This document shows, one piece after another, positions 63,327 through 64,000 of a stretch of 64,000 nucleotides of DNA; the stretch's first letter is position 1; every line of letters starts with the position of its first letter. Location: the IMG/VR virus record IMGVR_UViG_3300044612_000719, positions 33,276 to 97,275 of that record, one strand, 5' to 3'. A program made the position numbers and the translations under genes. The notes below the pieces were generated by a model. It ran no database searches. It was given only the letters and a program-made list of their open reading frames with translations, and was not told where the DNA came from. The stretch comes from a virus.

Positions 63327-64000
63327 TTGCACCGAAGCCAAACAACTGTTTGACTTCTTCCACGTTTGCAGGACGGCTCATAATCACTCCACTAGGGAAT
63401 GTTGCCGTAAGCATGCAGGTGTCATAAGAGTTAGTAACTGCTCGGTCGTTTTGAGCACTACTTACAACATGAAATGTACCTAGGTCAATTGGTGGGAGTA
63501 TATCTACTTCTTCCACTTCGTTATCTTCAATGATTGGTTCAGGCATCGGCGTGTCATTGAGTATTGCATCAACGATCTGCTCTTTGGTCATGGTTGTACC
63601 TACGTGGATCCCTTGAGACTTGGCTGTCTTTCGTAGGACCCCGATGGACATTGACAACATCTCAGAACGACTGAACGGTTCAATCTCAACTTCTTCAGTT
63701 GGTATTGGGGCAGGTTTATCTTCTGGAGTGATGTCTACAACAATTGGTACAAGTCCGTTTGTCAAGTCCAAGATAGGCACGCCAGCGTCAGCGGCATCAA
63801 AACAGATCTCTTCCATCTCGGGTATCAACGTGTCATCCCAAAGAAGCAAAAGGGTTCCATTAGTCTTGGACAGGTACTTAACAATGTCTCGTGCTGGATT
63901 TGCGTCTAAGCGCTCAACGGAAGATTTCTCAATAAACTCCCCAGGGGCGGTCCCATTGTGGGTGAGCATAAAATCAACTTCCATGTCAATCAACCAGTTG
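63319..64000 (-). CDS. Hypothetical protein with Rho-N-like helical domain (frame open to window edge)
   Basis: EMLSMSIGVLRKTAKSQGI...MTKEQIVDAIL. Confidence 0.55.
   Translation of the reverse strand, partial: NWLIDMEVDFMLTHNGTAPGEFIEKSSVERLDANPARDIVKYLSKTNGTLLLLWDDTLIPEMEEICFDAADAGVPILDLTNGLVPIVVDITPEDKPAPIPTEEVEIEPFSRSEMLSMSIGVLRKTAKSQGIHVGTTMTKEQIVDAILNDTPMPEPIIEDNEVEEVDILPPIDLGTFHVVSSAQNDRAVTNSYDTCMLTATFPSGVIMSRPANVEEVKQLFGFGATI

Overview
The window is 64 kb from the inside of a large tailed dsDNA phage genome, most likely infecting Actinobacteria. Host evidence: two WhiB genes and many TANNNT-N6-start leaderless promoters; SpoVS hints at an Acidimicrobiia-type host (inference). Layout: (1) 1-15.9 kb, minus strand: a long array of modular tail-fibre/receptor-binding genes (Mtd-N-like, Gly-rich, Fn3, C1q, CBM-like, S74 chaperone). 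(2) 16-26.6 kb: surface/accessory genes and a cluster of putative effectors (GNAT, ParB-like, HExxH) that share an N-terminal L-x(2-3)-QF tag. (3) 26.6-27.8 kb: non-coding strand switch with DnaA boxes, a sigma-A-like promoter, an rrn-like boxB/boxA and a long structured leader. (4) 27.8-37.2 kb, plus strand: putative early/host-takeover operon, mostly with repeated, covarying intergenic RNA structures and Shine-Dalgarno sequences held in a conserved NAGG-loop hairpin. (5) 37.2-62.3 kb, minus strand: regulatory, recombination and replication genes (WhiB, SLT, SpoVS, resolvases, Cas4-like nuclease, RecA, PolA, SSB, SNF2, primase, DnaB, DnaC, iteron-bearing initiator). (6) A ~90-nt candidate small RNA at ~62347-62440, then small basic proteins and Dps. 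Best candidate for a new system: this promoter-flanked sRNA carries a 12-nt perfect antisense to the early-gene SD hairpins plus a 16S-like anti-SD loop, so it may be a trans-acting translational off-switch for the early operon. All family calls come from motif recognition by eye; no searches or folding programs were run.
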